Shown: positions 30,788-40,857 of the stretch, piece after piece | Numbering within the stretch: the stretch's first letter is position 1 | Layout of the letters: every line of letters begins with the position of its first letter | From: an uncultured Nitrososphaerota archaeon | GTDB taxonomy: Archaea; Thermoproteota; EX4484-205; JAAOZO01 | DNA: 64,000 nt | Direction of reading: 5' to 3' | Assembly: GCA_964408285.1 (NCBI GenBank) | Contig: CAYOYV010000003.1 | Coordinates: 29,848 to 93,847, forward strand | Notes under the pieces: generated by a model | What the model saw: only the letters and a program-made list of their open reading frames with translations | The model's database searches: none | What the model was told of the DNA's origin: nothing | Program-made: the position numbers and the translations under genes

Positions 30788-31780
30788 ATGGCACCAAGAT
30801 ATGTTGCCGGATTCGATGGGGGAGCCACCAAGACGAATGCCATGATCGCAACCGAGGACGGTAATGTGCTGAGCCTCGCGACAAGTGGCCCTTCAAACTA
30901 TCACGTGGTTGGACTGAAAGGAGCCGGTGAATCTATCTTGAACTCCTTCCAAGAGGCAGCCAAGAAAGCAGGACTGAGAAAAAAGAAAGTGGATGTCGCG
31001 ATTGCGGGTCTCGCAGGTCTTGATTGTGGCTATGATGAGAGAGTCCTCAGCAGTGCTTTGACCGGGTTGGGACTCGCTGATCAGTTCAAGGTGGTTCACG
31101 ATACCACGATCGCGCTCTATGGCGCCACCGGTGGCCAAGCAGGGGTCATCGTGATAGCAGGCACCGGTTCCGTTGCCGCGGGAATGGACGGAAAAGGCGC
31201 AGCTTTCAGAGTTGGCGGATGGGGGCCCACCTTGGGAGACGAGGGAAGTGGCTACGAGATCGGCCGTAAAGCTCTTTCTGCAGCAATGATGGCTTTTGAC
31301 GGTCGGCTTCCCAGGACAGAACTAGAGGAAGAGATCAGAAGGGCGCTCAGACTGGATTCGACCGACGGGATCATGATGAAAGTCTATGGAGAGAGAATGA
31401 GCGTCACGCAAATCGCCGCACTGGCACCGATCGTCACAGAACTGGCCAAGAAAGGAGATCAGGTGGCTTCGAACATAGTCAGAGAGACAGTGGAATCCTT
31501 GGCATCCTTAGCAAAGGCGACAATAGTAAGGACCGGACTGAAGAACCGAACCTTCCCATTGGCCACAATAGGGGGCGTTTTCCGAGCAGGTGATGTAATC
31601 GTTAGACCCTTCACTCTCTCAGTAATGCTAGAGGCTCCGGGAGCAATGATAGGAAAGCCTAGGATGGGGCCCGCTCTTGGTTCGGTCCTAGCGGCGCTCG
31701 AGATCGCGAAGGGCGGACTGACTCAGGAGATCATCGACAAGGTGGAGCAAACTGGAAGGGAGATAGAGACTACAGGTTAG
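30788..31780 (+). CDS. BadF/BadG/BcrA/BcrD-family sugar kinase (GlcNAc/MurNAc kinase-like)
   Basis: GFDGGATKT, GPSN, GLAG, HDTTIAL, IAGTGS, GGWGPTLGDEGSG. Confidence 0.88.
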   Translation: MAPRYVAGFDGGATKTNAMIATEDGNVLSLATSGPSNYHVVGLKGAGESILNSFQEAAKKAGLRKKKVDVAIAGLAGLDCGYDERVLSSALTGLGLADQFKVVHDTTIALYGATGGQAGVIVIAGTGSVAAGMDGKGAAFRVGGWGPTLGDEGSGYEIGRKALSAAMMAFDGRLPRTELEEEIRRALRLDSTDGIMMKVYGERMSVTQIAALAPIVTELAKKGDQVASNIVRETVESLASLAKATIVRTGLKNRTFPLATIGGVFRAGDVIVRPFTLSVMLEAPGAMIGKPRMGPALGSVLAALEIAKGGLTQEIIDKVEQTGREIETTG

Positions 31781-33149
31781 CCCCCTGGTTCCTTAGGGCT
31801 TCTCTAAGCTTCTTGCCATCAAGCTTTCTCGGCATGATGCCCAGCCTAACGCAAAGAGATGCAGCTGTGCCCGCTGCTTCGCCGACGGCCCTCATGTTTG
31901 GGATAATCCTCACGGCTGCCTGCGCCTCGAAGGTTGCAGATAGGCATCTGCCTGACACCAATAGTCCGTCAATGATCTGTGGCACAAGGCATCTGTAAGG
32001 AATCTCGTGGTATTCGTCCGGCCTAAGTTCCCTTTGCCCAGCCAGCATAGGCATCGGAAGATGAATATCGATGGGATATCTGTTTCGGGCGATTGCATCG
32101 TCGAACTTCCGTGCACGGAAATAGTCATCCGCAGTGAGCACATACTCTCCCTTTATCCTTCTCGACTCTCTGACGCCAATCATGGGTGCGACCTGGGACA
32201 AATAGGCCTCCTCAAAGCCCTCTAGATATCTTCTCATGAATCTAACGAGACGCGCTATCCTCTCCCTGCCTTGTATCTGGGCCTGAGTCAAGTGCGAAGG
32301 ATCAAACCCCTTCAGATTGCCCATGATCCTTGGGCAGTTGAAACCAATTTCGCCTGGTCTTCCGGGTATCTCAAATGCTTGGAAATAGGCTGTGTCTTCC
32401 TCCTGCAATATCCCCTCTCTGACTGCCTTTCGAAATGTCTCCTCAAGCGGATGATCTCTGCCTGGAACCATCCAGAATTCAAGACCTGGCCTTCCATATT
32501 CGCCTTGGGGATCCTTCCCCTTGATGAATCGTCGCAGCCTTTCCAGATCCACATTTCCCACGAAAAATCTCAGTGACATAGGCTGGCTGACACCGTCTGA
32601 TCTGCCAGACTCACACGGGACCCCTGCCCTGAACGAAATGTCCGCGTCTCCCGTAGCATCGATAGTTATCCTTGACATTATCGCGCTTCTCCCAGATTTC
32701 GATTCGATCATGACTCCCTTGACAGTGTTCCCTTCCATAATCGGCTTGGTGGCAAAAATGTGATACAGAAGACCGCATCCAGACGTGAGTGCCATTTCTT
32801 CCAGAACGATTTTCAACGCTTCAGGATTGAACCAGCTTTCGCTCCCCCAGCTGTTCTGTCCTCCTTCTCCCATACTCGCGAGCTTCCCCTGGATTTCCGA
32901 CGAGATGCCGGTGTTCAGCGGCTGTGAATTGACATGGTTGAGCATCATCGGAAAGACCAGACCTCCGGTTGTCGTGCCACCGAGGAAGCCCAGTTGCTCA
33001 ATCACCAAGGTCTTCACCCCATTTCTTGCAGCCGCAATGCCAGCAACGGATCCAGCAGTTCCGCCCCCTACAACAAGCACATCAACATCTGCAGTGACTG
33101 GAATGTTTGCGTTCACCTCATGGATCTCATCAGGGAGAGTCTGTTGCAT
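31770..33149 (-). CDS. FAD-dependent oxidoreductase (FAD_oxidored-type family)
   Basis: GGGTAG dinucleotide fold, LGGTTTGG, IDATGDAD, GVRESRRI, IPYRCLVP, GRCLSA, GEAAG. Confidence 0.9.
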   Translation of the reverse strand: MQQTLPDEIHEVNANIPVTADVDVLVVGGGTAGSVAGIAAARNGVKTLVIEQLGFLGGTTTGGLVFPMMLNHVNSQPLNTGISSEIQGKLASMGEGGQNSWGSESWFNPEALKIVLEEMALTSGCGLLYHIFATKPIMEGNTVKGVMIESKSGRSAIMSRITIDATGDADISFRAGVPCESGRSDGVSQPMSLRFFVGNVDLERLRRFIKGKDPQGEYGRPGLEFWMVPGRDHPLEETFRKAVREGILQEEDTAYFQAFEIPGRPGEIGFNCPRIMGNLKGFDPSHLTQAQIQGRERIARLVRFMRRYLEGFEEAYLSQVAPMIGVRESRRIKGEYVLTADDYFRARKFDDAIARNRYPIDIHLPMPMLAGQRELRPDEYHEIPYRCLVPQIIDGLLVSGRCLSATFEAQAAVRIIPNMRAVGEAAGTAASLCVRLGIMPRKLDGKKLREALRNQGANL

Positions 33150-33248
33150 CGTCTATGCTTGTGGGCGCGCAATCATAAACGTATCCGCGGATGGCTGGCA
33201 AGCCCGTTACTTGAGACAGAGCTGCAAAGCCATTGAACGAAATTGCTG

Positions 33249-33716
33249 CTAGAGGCATTCGCGCGATCGTTCGAACTGGGGAAACGGGCTCTGAGATTGT
33301 TCTCCGATGCAGGTAACAGTCAGTCTCCTGTCCCTCGACCTGGTATCAAGTTCCATGAAGACCACTTGTTGCCATGTTCCGGTCTCGAGTTTGCCCTCTG
33401 TGATGGGAATGGTGAGGCTGGGTCCAATCATGGAAGCCCTCACGTGAGAATGTCCGTTTCCATCATGCCACATTTTCTCATGCTCGTATTCGGCGTTCCT
33501 AGGCGCGATTCTCTCAAGAGCATATTCCAGATCTTTCATCAGGCCGGGTTCGTATTCGATTGTGGTAATCGCTCCGGTCGAGCCAGCAACGAAAACATTG
33601 AGCAATCCCTCCCTTATCTCGGATTTGGAGACAATATCCTGTAGTCTATCTGTTATGTTTGTGATGGTCATCTCGCCTCTCGTCGTAAGGTCAAGCTGCA
33701 CCCGCCTTATTTTCAA
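33249..33716 (-). CDS. yjbQ: YjbQ/UPF0047 family protein
   Basis: GSTGAIT, YEH, DGNGHSH, GTWQQVVFMELD, R-x-R. Confidence 0.92.
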   Translation of the reverse strand: MKIRRVQLDLTTRGEMTITNITDRLQDIVSKSEIREGLLNVFVAGSTGAITTIEYEPGLMKDLEYALERIAPRNAEYEHEKMWHDGNGHSHVRASMIGPSLTIPITEGKLETGTWQQVVFMELDTRSRDRRLTVTCIGEQSQSPFPQFERSRECL

Positions 33717-33902
33717 CCTAAGTCAAGACCTCCGTGAACGGGACTTAGGGGAACGTTTTAAGACATTCGCATTCTCATTGATCTGTACATGATTACGTCT
33801 TGCTTTGCGATTTTCCTCTCGACATTTCCACTTTATCGGTCCCCTGTCTCCCGGGAATAACTAACCCCACAGTTAATCTATCTATAGTCAAGAATCCGTT
33901 CG

Positions 33903-34469
33903 ATGTTGAAGGTAATAGTGGGACCTTCTGATGGCTATGTTGAAAGTGAAATAGCATCGAATAGGAAAAAAGGAAAGAAAGTGGTGGTAATCTCGTCAGA
34001 ACATGGATTTGATCCGCTGGAGCTTGCGAGAATCTCCAAGATGAATGCACTGGATCCAAAGTTCATCTTAAGCGGGGTATACGTGTCTCGAGCTTTCAAT
34101 GTGTTTCAGGCTGAGAAACTTGTCTCTGAACTTGGTCCGGAGAAAGCTAACTCGTTGCATGCTTCCCTTCTAGTTGCGATAGATGTCCATACCCTCTTCT
34201 TGGATGAAGGAATCTCAATAAAAGGCCTCAAGAGGTTCAGCCATTGTATATCTGAACTTAAGCGCAGGTCATCAAATCTAAGGTGCATTTTCGTCTTCAA
34301 GTCTACGCTAGCTCGTGGCACATCTTCCTTGGTAGAAGAGGCCTCACTTCAAGCTGACGAGTTAACAACCTTCGACTATTCGGGCGAGAATTGCCGGAGT
34401 TGTCGCCCAAATCCTCTTCCACTTTCTTCAGACCCTCCCTCCCTAGAAGGCATTAACTCCGTCGATTAA
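33903..34469 (+). CDS. Inactivated RadA/Rad51-like protein of the PolB2 cassette
   Basis: FDPLELARI...LSGVYVSRAFNVFQ resembles the RadA core; Walker A is degenerate (GPSDGY); context of polB2. Confidence 0.65.
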   Translation: MLKVIVGPSDGYVESEIASNRKKGKKVVVISSEHGFDPLELARISKMNALDPKFILSGVYVSRAFNVFQAEKLVSELGPEKANSLHASLLVAIDVHTLFLDEGISIKGLKRFSHCISELKRRSSNLRCIFVFKSTLARGTSSLVEEASLQADELTTFDYSGENCRSCRPNPLPLSSDPPSLEGINSVD

Positions 34470-34503
34470 ATCTCTTCTAAAGGGAAGTTACTGGAAGGTT
34501 GAC

Positions 34504-34764
34504 ATGGGCAGGTCGACACCAACACTTAGGGAATATCTGAGGTCTGAATTCGACAGCTGGTTCAAGATGTCGAAAGTTCTATCCGATGGAGAAAAAAGAG
34601 CACTAAAGGAGCTCTTGAACGCTGCAGTGTCTATGTCAGATGCCGGCTCTTTAGTTCCAAACCCAGTTCCAAGCGAAACCACGTTCATGCTAATGCTCCT
34701 TCACTTAAAGACAAGACTCAACGATCTAGAGGCGAAGCTGGAGAAGGATATCCGACTACCATAA
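34504..34764 (+). CDS. Small PolB2-associated protein (arCOG07300/PPB2-like)
   Basis: MGRSTPTLR...P..SETTFMLMLL pattern, directly upstream of polB2. Confidence 0.75.
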   Translation: MGRSTPTLREYLRSEFDSWFKMSKVLSDGEKRALKELLNAAVSMSDAGSLVPNPVPSETTFMLMLLHLKTRLNDLEAKLEKDIRLP

Positions 34765-34797
34765 GTCTCCTCTGATTAAAATGGAGATCTCCTTGGG

Positions 34798-36984
34798 GTG
34801 TCTTCAATGAAAGGTTGGCTTCTCGACATAAATGAAGAGGAACCTGGCATCGTGGCAGTTTGGATTAGGACACAGAGTGGTGCCACGGTCAAACTTCTAG
34901 AAAAATATGAGCCATACTTCTACATCTTTGCTCCCTCTTGGAAATTGGATAGTCTTTCGAATTCGATCACGAAGCCTGGTGAAGTATCGACAAGTTACGA
35001 GCCAGTTCTGACGCCTCAGGGGAAGGTGAATAGAATGTTGCTCGTGAGGACAAAGAGCGACATCTCCAGAAGGAGCTTGGTGAAATCTCTGATGGAACAG
35101 GATGTTTCGCTGTTTAACGCGGACATATCCTTGGAACAACAATACCTCTTCGAAAGACACATCTTTCCCTTTGCTAGAATAGATGTCTGTTCATCCAGCA
35201 ATTCAATGAATTTCAACTTGAGGGATGATATAGAATCTCTAGACTTCGATTTACCTAGATTGAGGGAAGCAACACTCGATGTAAGAACTTCCAAGCCTTT
35301 AGGATTCGGAGAACTCATTGAGATAGGTCTTTCATTTCCGGACGGATTCTCTGTGAATTTTGATCCGAAAGACCCTGAAAGCCTAATTGAGCTCTCAGAG
35401 GAGATTCAGCGCAAAGGCGTTGATCTGCTCTTCACAGAGGGAGGAGACGGCAGAGTTTTGCCGTCCTTGATAGAAGTAGCGTCGAAACTTGGGATTCGAA
35501 ATGATTTCACATTGAATAGGGATCTAAGTCCAATGTCCTTCAGGCGTGGTGGGTTCTCATATGTGAGCTATGGAACCGTTGGTTGGAAATCAAAACCTGC
35601 CCTTCTCAGGGGAAGGTATCACATAGATCTTGATAATTTCATGGCCCCCCCCGATGGTGGTCTACAGGGTCTGTTCGAATTCTCGAGGGTGTGTAGTGTT
35701 CCAGCACAAAGGATGGCTAGAATGGGGATAGGAAGTATCATGTCAGCTTTGGAGGCATTAGTGGCATTTAGAAGGCAAATCGCAATTCCAACCAAAGAAG
35801 CTGCACCTGAACACTTCAAAAACGCTCTGTCTTTGATTAAATCCGATAGGGGCGGTTTTGTCATGAATCCAAAGCCTGGTATACACGAAGATGTTCTAGA
35901 AGTGGATTTTACCTCTCTCTATCCATCGATAATAGCTGTCAAGAACATATCCGCCGAGACCGTTGATCCCTCTCTTTCCGAAACTCCACTCGAAGTTCCG
36001 GAAATTAACTTCGGAATAACCGCAAATAGGTTTGGCATAGTCTCAGATGCTGTTGCTTTTCTGCTGAGGAGAAGAATGTCTTATCTCTCAAAGTCATCAT
36101 GCGAGGATGATATATATGATGCGAGACAGAAGGCCATAAAGCTAGTACTATGCGCTGCCTTCGGGTACTTGGGTTTTAAGAAAGCAAAATTCGGTAGAGT
36201 GGACGCGCACATGGCGACAACAGCATTTGCTAGAGATATTCTACTCAAGGCCATTAGACTGGCCGAGACTAAAGGATTCGAAGTCGTGCATGCAATAGTG
36301 GACGCCCTTTGGATAAAGGGAGGAACAGATAGAGAAAAGAATAACTTCATTTCAGAAATATCTGAAGCGATAGGAATACCTGCTAAGGCAAAAGCCAACT
36401 ACAGATGGATTGCCTTCTTAAGGTCCAGGGCAAATCCTGATGTTCCCGTGCCGACAAGGTACTTCGGAGTTTTGCGAGAGGGGAAATCAAAGATGAGGGG
36501 TATAGAAGCGAGGAGGCATGACACTCCACAATTTATAGCCGAAACTCAAATCGCCATGTTAGAAGCCATGGCTAATGTCGACCTGCCAAAAGCGTCAATG
36601 GCAGCACTCCATGTACTCACTAGAAGCATGTCGCTCCTTATGAAGGGCGAGGTTCCGATCAACTCCTTAGTCATTACTAGAAGGCTCTCAAAATCGCCAT
36701 GGGAATACAGGAATAGGATCGCTCAAGCTTTAGTCGCTTGGAAAGTCAAGAAAATGGGAATTGAGCTGATGCCGGGCATGGAACTGTCTTTCGTAATGAC
36801 CGAGAATGGCCCGTCAACGTTGGATTTCATCAACGCACCACTGGATTTGCGATTCTACAGGAAATTGCTACTGAGGGCTTCTCACTCAATACTTGAGCCT
36901 TTCCACTGGAATCCTCAAAGCATCGAATTCGAAGTTCAGCGTCATTCCCTTCTTTCACCTTTCTTGATTCCGGACAAAAGATAA
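34798..36984 (+). CDS. polB2: Family B DNA polymerase, PolB2 group
   Basis: DFTSLYPSII, QKAIKLVLCAAFGYLG, HAIVDALW (in place of YGDTDS), RGIEARRHD; exonuclease motifs eroded. Confidence 0.9.
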   Translation: MSSMKGWLLDINEEEPGIVAVWIRTQSGATVKLLEKYEPYFYIFAPSWKLDSLSNSITKPGEVSTSYEPVLTPQGKVNRMLLVRTKSDISRRSLVKSLMEQDVSLFNADISLEQQYLFERHIFPFARIDVCSSSNSMNFNLRDDIESLDFDLPRLREATLDVRTSKPLGFGELIEIGLSFPDGFSVNFDPKDPESLIELSEEIQRKGVDLLFTEGGDGRVLPSLIEVASKLGIRNDFTLNRDLSPMSFRRGGFSYVSYGTVGWKSKPALLRGRYHIDLDNFMAPPDGGLQGLFEFSRVCSVPAQRMARMGIGSIMSALEALVAFRRQIAIPTKEAAPEHFKNALSLIKSDRGGFVMNPKPGIHEDVLEVDFTSLYPSIIAVKNISAETVDPSLSETPLEVPEINFGITANRFGIVSDAVAFLLRRRMSYLSKSSCEDDIYDARQKAIKLVLCAAFGYLGFKKAKFGRVDAHMATTAFARDILLKAIRLAETKGFEVVHAIVDALWIKGGTDREKNNFISEISEAIGIPAKAKANYRWIAFLRSRANPDVPVPTRYFGVLREGKSKMRGIEARRHDTPQFIAETQIAMLEAMANVDLPKASMAALHVLTRSMSLLMKGEVPINSLVITRRLSKSPWEYRNRIAQALVAWKVKKMGIELMPGMELSFVMTENGPSTLDFINAPLDLRFYRKLLLRASHSILEPFHWNPQSIEFEVQRHSLLSPFLIPDKR

Positions 36985-37011
36985 ATCCGTTGGCGTGATG
37001 AATTCGTCAAC

Positions 37012-38262
37012 TTGCCAGAAAGGACAATGGAAGACTTCAGACCCACAGAAATCGCCGAGCAGTATGGAACGCCTACGTATGTCATGAATCTGGACATTGT
37101 CAGGGACAACTTCAAAGGGCTGGAGAAATCAATAACAAAAGTCGCCCGGGAATCAAAGCTGTTCTATGCAGTTAAGGCGAATCCGCTATTGTCCATTCTG
37201 ACCGCGATAAGGAACATGGGCGGTGGGGCTGAGGTTGTGTCAAGAGGGGAGATCGAAGCCGCAGTTCGGGCCGGTTTCAGGGGAGATGATATGATATTCA
37301 ATGGTCCGGGGAAGACTCGTGGTGAAATAGAAAGGGCACTTGGACTGGGAGTATATTCCATCAATGTTGAATCGTTGGAGGAGCTAGTGGAGACAGAGAA
37401 GATTGCTAAGGCCCTTTCTACTCGATGCAGGGTCGGATTCAGGATAAATCCAGGTCTCTTGGTGAGAACTCATAAGTACCTTGCAGTGGCTTCCAGAGGA
37501 AGCAAGTTCGGCCTAGACCCCAGAAATTACGTTAGGGCCCTCGAAGCAGCATCCCGGAGTGATTACCTCAGGCCGGTCGGCATACATATGCACATTGGTT
37601 CGCAAATATCCCTTATTTCAGAATTCAAAAGGGCCTTTGGAATTGCGATGCACTTCGTCAGGGTCTTTGAGGATATGATTGGCGAGGCCCCGGATTTCAT
37701 TGACCTAGGCGGAGGCATTGCCTTGAACTACAAGACCGGCAGGCCATCAATTGCGTGGGATAGGATATCAAGCGAAGCCATATCCGAACTCACTGAGTCC
37801 CACGCATGGCCAAGGGGAGCCAAACTCCTTATGGAACCAGGAAGGGCAATAGTCGGAAACGCCGGAATACTCCTGACGAGGGTTCTCTACGTTAAGGAAT
37901 CGACAAGAACGAACTGGGCGATCACGGATGCTGGTATGAACTGCCTCATGAGAACGGCCCTCTATGGAACCAAACATAGGATAGCTAGTCTAGCTGGGAA
38001 ACGCGGAAAGCGGACAGCATACATGATCGGAGGTCCGATTTGTGAGTCCGGAGACACTTTTGGGAGGTATTTCTTGCCAGCTCTAGCAAGGGGAGATCTC
38101 CTTGCAATCCTTGACGCAGGAGCCTATGGCTCGTCTATGTCAAGCAACTACAATGGCCAACCTAGACCTGCAACTGTGGTCGTTGATTCTGGTTCTTTTC
38201 GAATGGCAGAAAGGAGAGAAGACTTGGAGGATCTCTTCATAAGGCAGATCGGGCCTCAATGA
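37012..38262 (+). CDS. lysA: Diaminopimelate decarboxylase
   Basis: YAVKAN (PLP Lys), FNGPGKT, SKFG, HIGSQ, EPGR, GPICESGD, GAYG..MSSNYN. Confidence 0.9.
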   Translation: MPERTMEDFRPTEIAEQYGTPTYVMNLDIVRDNFKGLEKSITKVARESKLFYAVKANPLLSILTAIRNMGGGAEVVSRGEIEAAVRAGFRGDDMIFNGPGKTRGEIERALGLGVYSINVESLEELVETEKIAKALSTRCRVGFRINPGLLVRTHKYLAVASRGSKFGLDPRNYVRALEAASRSDYLRPVGIHMHIGSQISLISEFKRAFGIAMHFVRVFEDMIGEAPDFIDLGGGIALNYKTGRPSIAWDRISSEAISELTESHAWPRGAKLLMEPGRAIVGNAGILLTRVLYVKESTRTNWAITDAGMNCLMRTALYGTKHRIASLAGKRGKRTAYMIGGPICESGDTFGRYFLPALARGDLLAILDAGAYGSSMSSNYNGQPRPATVVVDSGSFRMAERREDLEDLFIRQIGPQ

Positions 38263-38266
38263 TGTC

Positions 38267-39379
38267 TTATGGTCTCAGAACAACAATCGGTTGCCCCAGC
38301 TTCTTCTTTTTTGGACTGAGATCTCCTAACCCTGGCGAATCTTGGACCCCTCTTTCGCCATGGTCAGTCCATGCAGCTCCGTGATCCAGCAAGTCCTCCT
38401 CCAACATCAGATCAGAGTCTAGATCAGCGAATCGCACGGCCTCAGAACCGAGGGCGAAATGGACTCCGGCGGCTATGCTTATTCCACTTTCATTATAGCA
38501 ACCCACCATGCAACCAATTCCCTCTGCCTCACAAACAGCTGCGATTTTCAGCGCTCCGTATGTGCCAGCACTCTTCATGAGCTTGATGTTGATGAACTCG
38601 CAAGCATCAGCCCTGATTGCCGCCATGGCGTTCCTTTCATCTACAATGTCCTCATCCAGCATAATCGGCACGTGTGTTCTTTTCCTGAGAAGAGCCAAGT
38701 CCTGAAGATGGCCTCTCGGGATTGGCTGCTCCACGAATTGGACGTTAGTGTATTTCTCAAGAAGTCTCATCATCTCGAGGGCCTGACTTACATCGTATCC
38801 TTGGTTACAGTCCACTCTCATCTTCACGGTGTCTCCGATTGCCTCGTGAACTAGGTCGATCCTTTCGGCGTCACGGTTCAGATCCTCTCCGATCTTCACT
38901 TTTATTGCAGTGAACCCCTCTGCCACTTTCTCACTCGCCTCTTTTGCCATCTGGATCGGATGATCGATGCCTATTGTGTAGCTCGTCTCAATCCTTTCCT
39001 TGTTGCCTCCCAGAAACCTGTAGACTGGGACCTTTAGCTGCTTGCATAGGATATCGTGAAGCGCTTGATCGATTGAGGCTTTTGCTGACCTTCCCCTCTC
39101 GACAGTCGGGACCGTTCTTGTGAGCAATTGACCATACTCTGAAACGTCTTTTCCAATCAGCCTCCTTAGCAGTGGCTCAAAAAGCTCCTCGATGCTTTCG
39201 GATGTTTCCCCAAGTACTCTGAGGGAAGGGCTTGCCTCTCCCCAGCCTACATTGCCCTCAGAATCAGTGAGCTTGACTATGAAATTCGTTGTGCTTTTTC
39301 TACTGTCCAGGGCTGTCCTGAACTCCTTTCTAGATGCTACACATACCTTGAAAACTTCGGCCAACGATATTCTCGGCAT
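38267..39379 (-). CDS. L-Ala-D/L-Glu dipeptide epimerase (enolase superfamily)
   Basis: GWGEASP, KVKIG, DCNQG, EQP, LDE, IKLMKSAG, MVGC, DLD; F-x-T-A-L N-terminal pattern. Confidence 0.85.
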   Translation of the reverse strand: MPRISLAEVFKVCVASRKEFRTALDSRKSTTNFIVKLTDSEGNVGWGEASPSLRVLGETSESIEELFEPLLRRLIGKDVSEYGQLLTRTVPTVERGRSAKASIDQALHDILCKQLKVPVYRFLGGNKERIETSYTIGIDHPIQMAKEASEKVAEGFTAIKVKIGEDLNRDAERIDLVHEAIGDTVKMRVDCNQGYDVSQALEMMRLLEKYTNVQFVEQPIPRGHLQDLALLRKRTHVPIMLDEDIVDERNAMAAIRADACEFINIKLMKSAGTYGALKIAAVCEAEGIGCMVGCYNESGISIAAGVHFALGSEAVRFADLDSDLMLEEDLLDHGAAWTDHGERGVQDSPGLGDLSPKKKKLGQPIVVLRP

Positions 39380-39451
39380 TGACTAGATCCATCGAATGCC
39401 CAATAAAAACAATTTCTGAATGGGCCGATGTGAATTCCGTTCGACCATCTA

Positions 39452-40765
39452 CTAGGTGGCGATTCTCTGCCCCATAACAGGAATTCGGACGTCCGCACCG
39501 AGATCGCTCACATATTTGGCAAAGGCCGCTGGATGTTCGCCATGCATTGGCACGACGACTCTGGGTCTGACTTCCTTCACAAGTCTCCTTAGATCAATTG
39601 GCATCGCATGGCCGGATACATGTATGCCATAGACTCCCATTCCGAGCGCATCAAGCCAGTTTGTCAACCTTTCATAATCAAGTTCCATTTCCTCATTGAA
39701 TGGCTCAGAGGATGAGAAGACAAAGATGCTTCCCGCTTTGGGCCCTATTCTCATCACTCCCTGCAGCTCGCTTGTAGGGACTACAAGCAAGTTGTCTCTT
39801 TGGTGTGATGATATCTCTGATAGGGCCACTGTTCCCCACTTGCGACAAACTCTTTCCTCCCACTGCTGTACCTTGACCCTTTCTCTTTCCAATACACACA
39901 CCCCGTCGCGAGGACCAGGAAGTCTGAGAGTCGAGTCAGATGAGATTCTGTCAAGAAGATAGGCCCTCCTCGCAGAGATCACAAGCTTTCTGTTGGCCTG
40001 CCTTGCAGCTCTGTAAAATGATCTATATCTATCAACATCTGCGAGCGCGAAATCCCCAACAATCAGGGATGGGCACTCTGCAACGACCGAGGACAATTTC
40101 CTTTGAACTTCGCTCTCAGATGATACTTCTCCATCGGCGATATTCGTGTGTTCCACCAAGAGCATATCCGGCCTGTCTTTCTTCATTGCGTCTATGAAAT
40201 CCAGGGTCATGTCAGATCTAGGTCCATGAATTCTGAAGTCGCCTGAGTACGCGATTATGGATGACGGCGTCCTTATGATGAAACCGTAAGCGCCAGGGAT
40301 TGAGTGATCGACATGTATTGGACTTATCTCTATGGAGTCAAACACGACGGAATCTCCGGTGTGGAATTTCTTGATCGCTTTGCCTCCAATGTAGAATTCC
40401 ATTTCCTTTCGTGAGATGTCTTTGTAAGCTTCAAGTATCAACTGAGAAGCCTCGCCCGCATAAATAGGTATGTCGTCTCTGAGCAGCCCGATATGCCCTG
40501 CGTGGTCTCTGTGGGCGTGTGATAGGAGAACAGCGCTGAATGGCTTTGGTCCTTCTTTCGAATAGGCGCCCGGAATATCAGGCAATATCCCCAGTTCCAG
40601 CATAACCCTCAGATCTCGTGGCTTTAGGAAAGGATCCGTGAAGAATTTGCCCCTCTGCCTGTATGACAGCCCGAAGTCGATCATTATTGACGATTCTTCG
40701 TCTCTCAACAGAAACTTGTTCCCGCCGACCTCATCAATGCCACCGTAGGCCACTATCGAAGCCAA
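39452..40765 (-). CDS. Beta-CASP metallo-beta-lactamase, RNase J/aCPSF-like
   Basis: EVGGNK, DFG, HAHRDH, DHSIPG, GDFR, HVSGH, PMHG. Confidence 0.82.
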   Translation of the reverse strand: MASIVAYGGIDEVGGNKFLLRDEESSIMIDFGLSYRQRGKFFTDPFLKPRDLRVMLELGILPDIPGAYSKEGPKPFSAVLLSHAHRDHAGHIGLLRDDIPIYAGEASQLILEAYKDISRKEMEFYIGGKAIKKFHTGDSVVFDSIEISPIHVDHSIPGAYGFIIRTPSSIIAYSGDFRIHGPRSDMTLDFIDAMKKDRPDMLLVEHTNIADGEVSSESEVQRKLSSVVAECPSLIVGDFALADVDRYRSFYRAARQANRKLVISARRAYLLDRISSDSTLRLPGPRDGVCVLERERVKVQQWEERVCRKWGTVALSEISSHQRDNLLVVPTSELQGVMRIGPKAGSIFVFSSSEPFNEEMELDYERLTNWLDALGMGVYGIHVSGHAMPIDLRRLVKEVRPRVVVPMHGEHPAAFAKYVSDLGADVRIPVMGQRIAT

Positions 40766-40857
40766 TCTGCCATTGTCTTCGCACCTCTGCTAATATCGAT
40801 TTCCTCTCCCCTCTCGCGGAAACGCTTTTCTAGTCAAGCCAAATCCAGCTATATGTC

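Noticed and set aside
33800-33900. Sulfolobus-type ANTTTC damage-response box upstream of the polB2 cassette
   Set aside because: One 6-mer match at a non-diagnostic position is not informative.
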